A DNA stretch of 64,000 bases from Anolis carolinensis (lineage: Eukaryota). The position numbers and the translations under genes are program-made. The stretch spans positions 21,475,769 to 21,539,768 of the forward strand of contig NW_026943822.1 of assembly GCF_035594765.1 (NCBI RefSeq), given 5' to 3'. A model generated the notes under the pieces. That model worked only from the letters and a program-made list of their open reading frames with translations. It searched no databases and was not told the DNA's origin. How positions within the stretch are numbered: the first letter of the stretch is position 1; each line of letters opens with the position of its first letter. Of the stretch, positions 44,584 to 57,100 are shown one piece after another.

Positions 44584-47500
44584 GACACAACGACATTGTA
44601 TGACACAGCAAACAAGATAGATATGCTGGATTTCGTTTCACAAAATCACAAGTCAAACACTTCCCAAGTGTCTAGGACTGTGTGATGTATTTTCGGATGA
44701 TGCGTGCAGATCCCAGTAAGGTGGCCTTTTGCAGTTGGCAGATCGTAATTTTGTCAATGTCTATTGTTTCCAAATGCCGGCTGAGATCTTTTGGCACGGC
44801 ACCCAGTGTGCCCATCACCATTGGGACCACCTGCACTGGTTTCTGCCAGAGTCTTTGAAGTTCAATCTTAAGGTCCTGATAGCGGCTGAGTTTTTCCTGT
44901 TGTTTTTCTTCAATGCGACTGTCACCTGGGATGGCAACATCAATGATCCAAATCTTGTTCTTTTCCACAACTGTGATGTCTGGTGTGTTGTGTTCCAGAA
45001 CTTTGTCAGTCTGGATTCGGAAGTCCCACAGTATCTTTGCGTGTTCATTTTCCACAACCTTTGCAGGTTTGTGATCCCACCAGTTCTTAACTGCAGGGAG
45101 GTGATACTTGAGGCATAGGTTCCAATGAATCATTTGGGCCACATAGTTGTGCCTCTGTTTGTAGTCTGTCTGTGCAATTTTCTTACAGCAGCTGAGGATA
45201 TGATCAATGGTTTCATCGGTTTCCTTGCACAGTCTTGCACCCTTGCACAATAATAATAATAATTATTATTATTATTACAGTGTAGATACATCCTTGTGTT
45301 TTAACATTCGCTCTTGTTTTCTCCCCAGACAGCGGCAAAGGTTACTATTCGGATCACCCGGAGGACCACACGGCCTTTGAAAAGTGGCTTCAGTGCTATT
45401 TCGTCCCAGGCATGAAATCCCTCAGCGATTCAAATGGCAGGACCATCTGGTTTGAGGTCAGAACAGAATGAGGCAGATAAATATTTTGGGGAAATCATGA
45501 AGCTGCAGTGTGTGGGGTCCCAATTTATTATTTAAAGTCATTAAGGCTGCATCTACACTGGGGAATGAATGCAGTTTGATACCACTTTAACTGCCATGGC
45601 TTAATACTGTAAGAACTTCCACATTTGCATAAGCTGCGAGTATGCAACTATAAGTGAGCCCATCAATCGTGTGTTGTTTACAATCTAGCGTCGGCAAGTA
45701 GCATCTCAAGCGGCCACTGTGCAAGTCCTACTTTTCTGAGTAAATAGGCTATTTACTATAAATTGTAATTTTTTAATGATTTATTGAAAAACCGCGAAAA
45801 AACAAGTCCGCGAAAAGCGAACTGCAAAGTAGCGAGGGAACACTGTATATCAATTCTGGAGTAGGCAGATTCTCAGGATTTGTACCACTATTGGTGTGGT
45901 AGGTTCCCAGCAATAAAATATTAATTGTATATGGCTTTTTTTTGCCTTGATCATATTCCCAAAATAAGAGGGTGGAGAAATGTGATAATAGATAAATGAT
46001 GTGTAGGTATGTTTGTATGTATTAAATGTGCAAGCTACTCACAACACAAAATATAAGATAATATTAATAAAAATATATATGTAAAAAAATATTATTGGTG
46101 TGATAGGTTCCCAGCATTGAAATACTAATTGTATATGGCTTTCTTTTGCCCTGATCATATTCCCAAAATAAGAGGGTGGAGAAATGTGATAATAGATAAA
46201 TGATGTGTAGGTATGTTTGTATGTACTAAATGTGCAAGCTACTCACAACACGAAATATAAGATAATATTAATAAAAATATATATTTTAAAAATTATTATT
46301 GGTGTGATAGGTTCCCAGCATTGAAATATTAATTGTATATGGCTTTCTTTTGCCCTGATCATATTCCCAAAATAAGAGGGTGGAGAAATGTGATAATAGA
46401 TAAATGATGTGTAGGTATGTTTGTATGTATTAAATGTGCAAGCTACTCACAACACAAAATATAATAATATTAATTTAAAAATATTTTTAAAAATATCATT
46501 GGTGTGATAGGTTCCCAGCATTGAAATATTAATTGTATATGGCTTTCTTTTGCCCTGATCATATTCCCAAATTTGCTTTCCTTCCCATTATAGGGGGATC
46601 CTGGACCGATGGCCCCAAAAGGTGAGCATCAGATTTCCATCCTTCTCAACACTTTCCTAAATTATTTTCTAAATGTAGATCAGGGTAGGTAATGTGTAAC
46701 TATGGGGCCTGAGCTGCTGAACTTGCTGACCGAAAGGTCAGCAGTTCGAATCCAGGGAGCAGGGTGAGCTCCTGCTGTTAGCCCCAACTCCTGCCAACCT
46801 AGCAATTCGAAAACATGCAAATGTGAGTAGATCAATAGGGAAGGTAAAAGCGCTCCATGCAGTCATGCCAGTGGCCACATGACCTTGGAGGTGTCTACGG
46901 ACAACGCCGGCTCTTCGGCTTAGAAATGGAGATGAGCACCAACCCCCAGAGTCAGACACGACTGGGCTTCGTGTCAGGGGAAACCTTTACTTTTACCTTA
47001 ATGTGTAACTTAGGGATCCCAAAGTTTGTTTCAATAGACCTCAACTCCCTGGCAAAATAGAACAATACATTATCTCTCATCTAGAAGTGGCAATTCACCT
47101 TGTAAAAGGATGCATGCATTGCTCGACATTAAAAAAAAATATTCATTTTTCCATATCCAAAATGAACTTTCAGCTATTTCTGCTCCTGTTGTGTCTCTTT
47201 CTTGGGTATTTTTGCAGCCTTCAAACAATCTCAGTGCCTGTTTGGAAGTCTATCTATTACAAGTCTGGAACAAAACAGCATTATTTTGAGCTGATTCTAA
47301 CAAAATGATATGTTTTTTCATATCAGGAGATAAACCGCGCAAGAAACGGTTGCAGGTCAAAGCGATTCCTGAAGTGTCAAAGGAGAAGCCAGGCAGGAAA
47401 CGGCTGCAAGTTAAAAACGATCCATTAAGTCCCAAGGTAATTAGATTGGTGGAGTGCGGCTTGATGGCTCACCCATAGCCTACATTTTCGCTTGATATGG

Positions 47501-48854
47501 TTTAATTTGGTCCACAATGTTTTGGTTCCCTCTTTCTCACTTTTACATCCCAGAAATTGGAAATGTGATTTTTTTATTGTCTTTAATCAATGTTTTATGC
47601 CGTCTTGGTTTTAGATAAAGAAGCCAACAATGGCAAGGAAAAAATCCAAGACCAAGACTCCTCCCAAAGTGGCCGAGGAGACGAAGAGGCCTAGGAGGAA
47701 GCCGGGGACCAAAACGGCCAAAGAAAGGGAAGATGCGGCCATGGCCAATGGAACGGGGACGCCCAAGACCAGGCCCAGGAGAAAGAGCTCCGTCCTCCAA
47801 GACTCCCCGGTGACGGACTCCGGATCCAGGAAAAAACAGGCCTCTACTCGGAAAAAGAGGGGTGAGAAGTGTGTTGAGGGTTGTAGAAAGAAATAAATAG
47901 AAGCTTTACCACAATTTCTGAATCAAGATAAACCCTGTAGTATAATAAAGCGTCACTCAGGCTTGTGTAACAAGTAACAGTATCTTTACTTCAGTTCAAA
48001 AGTTCAAACAGGGCAACAATATATATACAGTAGAGTCTCGCTTATCCAACCTCCACTTATCCAACGTTCTGGATTATCCAACGCAGTCTGCCTTTTGGTA
48101 ATAAAATGTTTTTGTAGTAAAATGTTTTCAATAAATTGCGATGTTTTGGTGCTAAATTCGTAAATACATTAATGGCTACATAACATTACTGTGTATTGCA
48201 CTGCTTTTTCTGTTGATTTGTTGAAAAACATGTTTTGGTGCTTAATTTGTAAAATCGTAACATAATTTGACGTTTAATAGGCTTTTCCTTAATTCCTCCG
48301 TATTATCCAACGTTTTTGCTTATCCAACCAGTTTATGTTGGTTAAGCAAGACTCTGCTGTAGCTGTCTTTCTGAATTCACACATAGAATATAGGGAATAA
48401 AGAGTCTCTTTAAACAGTCTTTAAATATGCCTCGTTTGCCTTATAATCAGGCTTCAGAGAGTATGGCAGCCATTTCCTCTCTGACCGTTTCCAGTCAGCT
48501 GCTCTCCTCCCTCTCCGAGATGGAAGTGGCAGTTAAAACCGTTTGCCTCATCACCAAGCTAGAGATAGCAGCCAATCAGAATCCTGGCTCCTGACTGGCT
48601 CAGCCAATCAGCTGTCGACACCTGCCTTTTCCAGTCAACTCACATCACGGTGCCTCTTTTACAAACCCTTACAAAGTGTAACTATTCTGCAAATCAGTTG
48701 AGACAATTTTATGAGACTGTGGGATGGAACATAATGGTGAGACTTCTATGTATTACATTTCCACTGTAGAGGAGCCAGCTAATATCTGTCTTTTCTCCCT
48801 TTAGCTAAAGCAGCTGCTGCTACGACACGATCCAGGCGGGTGAAAATTGAATAA
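38421..48854 (+). CDS. NEIL1: Endonuclease VIII-like 1 DNA glycosylase
   Basis: MPEGPEL catalytic N-terminus, RGKEL, FRFGMSG, DVRRFG, H2TH FNGIGNYLRAEIL, GRTIWF, basic C-tail. Exons 38421-38887, 40840-40959, 42091-42154, 44106-44205, 45329-45456, 46594-46621, 47327-47436, 47615-47861, 48805-48854 (TAA). Probable non-coding exon 1 ends at 35185 (CAG|gtgagt). Confidence 0.95.
38892..39514 (+). mobile_element. 5'-truncated L1-type LINE at the NEIL1 splice donor
   Basis: ORF2-like C-terminus (ITAARMNLAKLWK..W), T-rich UTR, AATAAA 39490, poly(A), 14-bp TSD AGAAGTTCAGGTGA. Confidence 0.85.
39734..40786 (+). mobile_element. 5'-truncated R4/Dong-like element
   Basis: DVDRLYLPRRSGGRGL plus REL domain; TAA flanks. 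Confidence 0.9.
41170..41891. mobile_element. Mariner-type MITE (TATACTCGAGTATAAGCC family)
   Basis: Inverted termini; related pieces at 6720-7011 and 7841-9200 (latter tandemly triplicated). Confidence 0.7.
42695..44087 (+). repeat. ~80-bp tandem array of R4 3' UTR plus (TAA)n
   Basis: About 16 copies of ACTTGTGATTTTGTGATACGAAATCCAGCATATATCTCATTTGCTGTGTCTTTGTGTC(AAT)n. Confidence 0.9.
44584..45236 (-). mobile_element. 5'-truncated R4/Dong-like element
   Basis: Same REL ORF on the minus strand, flanked by (TTA)n. Confidence 0.88.
45889..46571. repeat. ~204-bp tandem repeat (3.3 copies)
   Basis: ATTGGTGTGATAGGTTCCCAGCA recurring at ~45890, 46094, 46298, 46498. Confidence 0.88.
46706..46999 (+). 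mobile_element. Sauria-type SINE
   Basis: tRNA-like head (GTTCGAATCC), conserved body, ACCTTT-like tail; second copy ~2178-2430. Confidence 0.75.
47872..48673 (-). mobile_element. Solo LTR (family A) with nested Tc1/mariner MITE
   Basis: TSD AAGTG; starts 10 nt into the last NEIL1 intron. Confidence 0.8.
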
Positions 48855-50086
48855 CGCAGAATAATATTTTCAAGTATTGTGCCTTATGACGATCTGTTCT
48901 GGATACAGCGGTGGATAAATGCCCTGATGTTGCTCCCATTGCCTTCTGCAGCTGGTGGCACTCAAGAAACGTCTGGAGGCATCAGGATGACAAGCTTCTC
49001 TTTGCTTGGGCTCTTCTGTCTCCTTAAACGCAGTAGGATTAGCGGCCAAAGCACTTTCTGCCAACTGCTTTCTGCAATATTGCTGGAGTATCAATAGAGC
49101 AGACCATGCAGGTGAAAAGTTAGTGGAAGATCTTCCTGCCATGAAGCTTAGATCTTCCAGATCAAACAGCATTAACAGTCTGCTCCAATATGCCTTACAT
49201 AAAAATAATTGCACCAATGCGTAATATGCAAGAAGACCCAAACTTGATGGTACTGTATTGCATCTGACCATTTTCATCTCCCAAACAAATATAATTTTGC
49301 TATATTTTATATGAAATTGGGTCTATATTCCTGCCGTCTGAAGAGCAACAGACATGATGCTATACATTATAAAATAAGATTTGACCCTATCTCCGTACCG
49401 CCTAGACTTGAAATCGTGGTGCGTTTCATGATTACTGGGTTAAATCGTTTGTATCTTACTGTCTTCTTTTTGATACACATTTTAAAAACGCTATATGATG
49501 CTAATAAAATTTATTTTTCCAATGTCGTGATCTTGCTTGAAGGTGGCCCTGTTATCAGTTTGAAACAGACGTTTCACAAGAAAAATACTATATTAGGCTA
49601 ATAAAATTTATTTTTCCAATGTTGAAGGAGGGGGTTGTTAGCAGTTTGAAACGGACAATTGACAAGATCTGTACATCTAGGCTCCATATTTTTATTACTG
49701 CCAGTTTCTAAGAGAATTAAATTCACGTTGAGTCCCAGCCAAATTGGGAAGATAAATCAAGATGTGTATGTTGAACATCTCTTATCCAGAAAGCTGAAAC
49801 GCTCCAAAATAATCCACCTAGATAGCTGAGATTGTGACATTTTTCTTGTTGGTGATTCAATGTGCACAAACTTCATTTCGTGCATAAAATCATTACAATA
49901 TTGTGCATAAGATAGATAGGAAATCATAAATTAAGTTCTTTGGTCCCATCTCCATGATATCTCTGTATGTTTATGTAAAAAATGCAAAAAGAATAATTAA
50001 AAATAATCCCACTCCCTATGTCATGATTAACAAACAAAATGAACCCGAGGAAATGATGGAACAACTTTCTCCAAGATGCATTGAAT

Positions 50087-51152
50087 TCAGCTTTGTCTTT
50101 TCAAGACCAGCAAGATAGATAGCACTTGGAAAGGCGTAAAGGAAAGCTCCAGACCACATTCCTCCAGTGCAAAACGATGGCTAGGATCGGGCCGTTCAAG
50201 GAGGTCGCACCTAAGAAACAAGAAGGTGATAATACAGTGAAGAAATTGGATTATTGAACCATGTCCCATGACTTTAGCTAGCATTTTGTCACCTCCATGC
50301 AATGGTCTACATATGGCAAAGGGAATTCTGTCGAGCTCAGAATGGTGTTGGGCTGTGGCTCCCACCAACCCAAACCATTAAATGACTAGGAGTTGCACAT
50401 ATACTTATGATATATACTTACATGATTGCCTCTTGGATCGGAAGACATGTTTGGAGCCAAGTAACTACCGTACTGCCATGAGATTCGTAGAGGCGGATGA
50501 CCAGTGCATCTGTTCTGTCTTCAGCCTGGAATATACAACGATAATCTAAGTTCCTTCAAACTCCAGCCTAAGAACAAGGTGGAAAACATACTGTTCAACT
50601 GCACAGCTGGGCTGTGGCACAGCTGGCTAATAACCAGCTGCAATAAATCACTACTGACTGAGAGGTCATGAGTTCGAAGCCCGGGTCAGGTTAAGCCCCC
50701 AACCATTAAATAGCTCGGCTTGCTGTTTACGTAAAGACAGTTGTATCTGTCAAGTAGGAAATTTAGGTACCGCTTTATGCGGGCAGGCTAATTGAACTAA
50801 TTTACAACACCATAAAACTGCCAGCAGCAGGTGGAAAGGAATGAGGAAGTACAGCACTCGGTGTCACTCGTGGACGATGAAGCAACAGCTCCCCCTGTGG
50901 CCGGAATTGTGAAGCTGGAAATGTTAAACGCCTCTGTGTGTGTCTATACTGTATGTTGTTTGTCTGATGGCATTGAATGTTTGCCATATATATGTTCATT
51001 GTAATCCGCCCTGAGTCCCCTTTGGGGTGAGACAGAAGGGTGGAATAATAATAAGAAGAAGAATTAGTTCATTGTATATCAGTGTAACGGCATCAATTGC
51101 CAATTGTAAGCCGCCCTGAGTCCCCCCAGGTGAGAAGGGCAGGGTATGATTG

Positions 51153-51183
<31 letters not shown>

Positions 51184-54100
51184 AACTTTATTTATATACC
51201 GCCCTATCTCCCGGATGGGACTCAGGGCGGTTTCCAATCATAAAAACAACACAAACATTACATAGCAACATAATAACACAGTATTAAGCAAAATAAAATA
51301 ATACAATTATAGCAATAAATAACACTTACATGACCTGATCAAGGGGACGGGAACCATAAACCCAATATATTAAAATGTATCATAATATAAATACTGCAAA
51401 TAAATAAATGAATAAATAAACTACCTACATACCCAATAGTTAAGGATCATGGGCTCTGTAGTCCACTAGAACTACAAGCATGTGATGAACCATGGGCCTT
51501 GTAGTCCTGCTCAGGACATTGTAATCCCTGATGAAGATGAAAACTTGGGTTTTTTACCTTCCCAGTCTGAACTGGATTCCTCTCAGCCAGATCCTTCCCA
51601 GGCAGATCTGGAAACCTTGCACCTGCAAGAAAGTTGTGCCCCAGAAGTATGTCAAACAACCCCAGAGCCTACTTCTCCCGTGTTCTTGCGCCGGGAGTTT
51701 TGTAAACAACAGAGAAGTTTGGATTCAGCTTCGCGCAGGAGTGCGAGGATAGCAGCTAAGAATGTTGCCAATTAACATTGGTTCTCGTGAGAATCTTTAA
51801 GGAGTTTAACATCTGGTCTCAGAGTTTAGCTTTCGTTTCTGATTCCCAGAGAACCGCTTTGGTGAGAAAGTTGGACTCTATATAGGTGTTTTGCCCGCGT
51901 AGCAACTTCGCGGAGTCAATTCGTCAGCCTACGGAGCGAGTTGTGTCTGGACAGCGCGCTCCGATTCAAGCCTCGCTTCAGCTCAAGCCTTGCCTTGCTA
52001 TCCAGCCTTCGCCTTGCTTCCCAGCCTTTGTTTACCGACGGACTTTGCCTTGTTTCCCAGGACTAATCCTTGCCTTGTTTCACGGATTTTACCAAGTTAT
52101 TCCACGGACCTTGTTCTTGTTCTTAGTTACCTTGTTCCACGTTCAAGCCTTGTTTCAAGTATCAAGTTATTTCCTAGCCACGCTCAAGTTTTATGGACTA
52201 AGGACCTTGTCATCTCCCCTCACTTTGCTTGGCAAAGTGAGTGTTTCGGTTATTGGATTACAACTTTGGACCTTAATATTTCTTATTGGACATTGCTTTT
52301 TTGGACTAATTCTGACCTTTCCTGAAGGGTCTAATTCTGGACTATTTTCTATACTTGTTTTTATTAACTTTATATATTCCTTCAATAAAGATATTAGTTA
52401 GATTCTGGCCTCTGTGTATGGTTATTGGTGCCTCTGCCGCCTGGGTCGTGACAGTTTGACTCCGCCACCCATAAGCACCAACTAACCGAGGCCAGGATGT
52501 CTACCGGAGCCGCGCCGGCTGGACAGCCGCTCAGCTACACCATCAGCAAGGACGAAGTGGACCGCATCCGTGACAGACTCAACGCGCAGGATGGAGAAAT
52601 AAAAGGGTTGAGGGAGCGCGGAGTTCGCCTCCCGGCCATGGCGTTGCCTACCAAGTTTTCTGGAGAAGCTGCTAAGGTTCATGTTTTCCGCCGCCAATGT
52701 CAAGCTTATCTAGAGGCCCGTGATGCCGAGTTTCCCCAAGAAGACATCAAGGTGGCGTGGGTCTACAGTCTTCTAGACGGACCAGCGGCTAGCTGGGCGA
52801 CGGCCCTGTTTGATCAAGCCTCCCCCCACCTAAGTTCAGCACAACGCTTCTTGGATCACCTTAAGGAGACCTGGGGAATCGAGGACAATTTGGAGGCAGC
52901 CGGTCACAAACTCCGGCGCCTCCTTCAAGGAGACAGACCCATGTCTCAGTACATAGCCGAGTTCCGCGTGCTGGCCCACAACACCGGCTGGAACGATGTA
53001 GCCCTCAGAGGACAATTTCGGGAGGGTCTCAACATTGAAATGCTGGAAGAAATCTCCAAGGTGGATCCTCCCCAGACCCTCGAGGCACTCATTGATCAAT
53101 GTTTACGGGCTGAAGTCATGATTGCCAACAGGAAACAATGGGTTCGAGGCCAGGGCGGTAGAGCCGGGGCAAAACCCCCCGCTCCCGCCAGTGTTCAGCC
53201 ACGTCCGGTGTGGAGACCCCCACCGCCAACCCCATACCCCAGAGGAGGCGAGGAGGTGCCGATGCAGTTGGGCAATGTGCGTCCCAGACTAGATGCCGCC
53301 GAGAAGGCCCGTCGTCAACGCTTGAACCTCTGCTGGTACTGCGGGAACGGGGGCCACTTCGCCAGAGAGTGCCCAGCCAAAGGGAAGCCTGCCGCCCGTC
53401 TTGCGGCGGCGTCCTCCACGGAGTCGAAGGCGTCTGAGCCGACTGGCACACAGCCGGCGGGGGAAGCCAACGACCGGGTGTAGAGAGGCTCGCCAACCCG
53501 GTCAAAAAATCCATCCAAGAGCCGCCAACCGGGGTCCTGTTCCTTCTCGTGGTCACATTATGGTCAGCAAAAAGGGGACCCGTCATGATCCACGCCATGA
53601 TAGACTCTGGAGCTACCAACAATTTCATCGATAGAGAGTATGCCGACTCTCTGGGATTACAATATCATGATTTCAAGAATGCCCGTGTGGTGCAAGCCAT
53701 AGACGGCCGCCCCCTCAAGACGGGCCCCGTAAGCCAGTGGTCGGAACCCACCAGGATGTGGATAAGGGAACATATGGAAGAGATTTCCTTCTTTGTTACC
53801 GAGGTTCCCCATTTCCCTGTGATTTTGGGAATTCCATGGCTGACACTCCACGACCCTAACATCTCCTGGTCCAACAGAGAACTGCAGTTTGCTTCACCGT
53901 ACTGCCAAAACCATTGCCTCGTAGCCAAGGTATGCCATGCCACAGACTCCGAGCCCATCATCACCTTGCCAAAGAAGTACTCCGAGTATTGGGATGTATT
54001 CAATGAGAAAGAAGCCGAAAAATTACCCCCACATAGACCTTATGACTGTGCCATTGACTTGGTGGAGGGGGCCCCGATCCCGCGAGGGCATCTCTACTCC

Positions 54101-57100
54101 CTGACTGAACCAGAGCAAGAAGCTCTCAGGGAATTCTTAGAGACAAACCTTCGCAAGGGGTTCATCAGACCCTCTCAATCCCCAGCCGCCTCCCCAGTGA
54201 TGTTTGTGAAGAAGAAGTCAGGGGAATTACGCTTGGTGGTGGACTACAGAGCATTGAACAATATCACCAAGCGGAACAGCTATCCCCTGCCCTTAATCTC
54301 GGATCTACTGGACCGACTTCGAGGAGCCAAGGTCTACACCAAGCTGGATCTTCGGGGGGCTTATAATCTAGTTCGCATCAGAGAAGGGGACGAGTGGAAG
54401 ACCGCCTTCCAGACTAAATTCGGATTATTCGAGTCCCGAGTTATGAATTTCGGTTTATGCGGAGCTCCCGCAACGTTCCAGCATTTTGTCAACGATATTT
54501 TTCAGGACTATCTAGACAGATTCTTGATAATCTACCTGGACGATTTTTTGGTGTTTTCCAGATCACAATCAGAACATGAGAACCACGTCAAAATGGTGTT
54601 GCAACGACTGCGGGATCATGGACTTTATGCCAAGCTAGAAAAATGCGCTTTTGATCTACAAGAGGTAGATTTCCTTGGCTACCGCATCTCGCCTCTAGGG
54701 CTTTCCATGGATCCAGCCAAAGTTTCAGCAGTATTGGAATGGCGGGCGCCAACTAACAAGAAAGAGGTGCAGCGTTTCTTGGGGTTCGCGAACTACTACC
54801 GCAAGTTCATTCCAGATTTTGCCCGCTGGTCCGACCCCATCACTAGCTGCATCCGTGGAAAGCAGCCTTTCCGCTGGACTGATCAAGCAGAGAAAGGGTT
54901 CCAGCAACTGAAGAAACTATTCACCTCCCAGCCAATTCTACAGCACCCAAATCCTGGAACCCCTTTTGTGGTGCAAGCGGACGCCTCTGATGTGGCAATT
55001 GGGGCTGTACTCTTACAACCGGTGGGCGATCACCTCCACCCCTGTGCCTTTTATTCTCGTCAACTAACCACACCAGAGAGGAATTACACCATTTGGGAAA
55101 AAGAACTACTGGCCATAAAGGCAGCCTTTGAAACTTGGAGACATTGGCTAGAAGGGGCCAAATTCCCCATTGAAGTCCACACTGATCATCGTAATCTAGA
55201 ACATCTAAGAACTGCCCGCAAACTAAATCAGAGGCAGCAACGTTGGGCTTTATTCTTTGAACGTTTCAACTTCCAGATCCATTATGTGACCCCAGCTCAA
55301 ACCAAGCAAGCAGACGCCCTGTCACGTAAACCGGAATACGCTGCAGGACGCAAGGAGACCTTTGAATCCCAACTGCTACAACCTGAGAACTTTGCCACGC
55401 TCACAGTGGGGAACACCAAATCCAGTCCCATTGGTTCAACTTCCCCTACTCCAGGACCCATCTGTGCTCAAGAAATCAGGGCTAGTCAGCAAGCAGATGC
55501 CTGGGCGCAGGACCAACTTCGCCAAGGTCTGCATTTTCCCTTTTCGCTTAAAGATGGGCTGCTCTGCTATAGAAATCATGTTTATATCCCACCCGGACCG
55601 GGCAGGGAAAAAGCGCTTCGTCTGTGTCATGACTGCAAACCAGCAGGACACTTCGGACTATTTAAAACCATGCATTTGATCCTAAGAGATTTTTGGTGGC
55701 CCAAGATCCGCAAGGATGTGGAAAAATATGTCAACACCTGCCCAGTATGCCAGCGCTCCAAGATACGAAGGGAGAAGCCCTCAGGGCTTTTGCACCCCCT
55801 TCCTACCCCATCTCGCCCATGGGAAATAATTTCCGCGGATTTCATCACTGACCTACCACCTTCCTGTGGATTCACCACGATCTTAGTGGTGGTGGACCTA
55901 TTCACCAAGTTAGCCCATTTCATTCCCTGCGAAGGCCTCCCCACGGCCAAAGAAACTGCGGATCTATTTCTTCAGCATGTTTTCAGACTACATGGATTGC
56001 CCAAGAGTTTAGTCACAGACCGTGGATCTCAATTCACCTCTCGTTTTTGGAAGGCACTACAAAAACTACTGGGCATAGACTCTCGCTTATCTTCAGCTCA
56101 TCATCCCCAAACAGATGGGCAAACGGAGCGCACCAATGCCACTTTGGAGCAGTATCTTCGCTGTTATGTAAACTACCAACAGGACAATTGGGCTTCTCTG
56201 TTACCACTGTCTGAGTTTGCCTACAATAATGGAGTTCAAGCTTCTACAAAAGAAACGCCGTTCTTTGCAAACTACGGTTTCCATCCACGTTTCTTTCCCC
56301 CTGTCATTGAAACTTCAGAAGTTCCCGCAGCAGAGGATTGGCTGCAGGAACTCACAGCGGTGCAACAACTTTTGCTCCAGCAACTGGACCAAGCCAAGGA
56401 GGACTATAAACGCCACGCTGACAAACACCGCCAGCCGGGCCCCGAAATCAAGGTAGGAGATCGGGTTTTTCTGTCCACTCGCTTTCTGCCCTCCCACCGC
56501 CCATGCCGGAAGTTAGATGCCCGCTTCATTGGCCCCTATCCAGTGGTGGCGCAATTAAACCCCGTGACTTTCAAACTCCAACTTCCGCGTTCAATGCGCA
56601 TTCACCCAGTGTTTCACCGTTCCCTGCTCCTTCCGGCGGATGGTGTGCGTCCTGATACAGACCAACCGGCCCCCCCTCCTGTTTTGATGAATGGGGAGGA
56701 GGAGTTCGAGGTTGAGGACATTTTGGATTCTCGCTTTCATCGCCGCCGCCTACAATATCTCATTGACTGGGTGGGTTTTGGGCCTGAGGAACGCTCTTGG
56801 GAAGACGCCTCCACAGTCCATGCTCCTGATCTAACCCGTCGCTTCCATCTGACCTATCCCACCAAACCGCGACCTCGCGCCTCGGGGAGAGGACCCCAGT
56901 TTGGGAGGGGCCCTGAGGAGGGGGATAGTGTGATGAACCATGGGCCTTGTAGTCCTGCTCAGGACATTGTAATCCCTGATGAAGATGAAAACTTGGGTTT
57001 TTTACCTTCCCAGTCTGAACTGGATTCCTCTCAGCCAGATCCTTCCCAGGCAGATCTGGAAACCTTGCACCTGCAAGAAAGTTGTGCCCCAGAAGTATGT

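Noticed and set aside
51886-52401. 171-aa hydrophobic ORF in the LTR (env-like?)
   Set aside because: GTG start lies upstream of the predicted TSS, the sequence is T-rich with short GCCTTG repeats, and no env motifs are present.
52454-52472. Conventional tRNA primer-binding site
   Set aside because: Lacks the TGG complementary to tRNA CCA; better explained by self-complementarity to the RNA 5' end.
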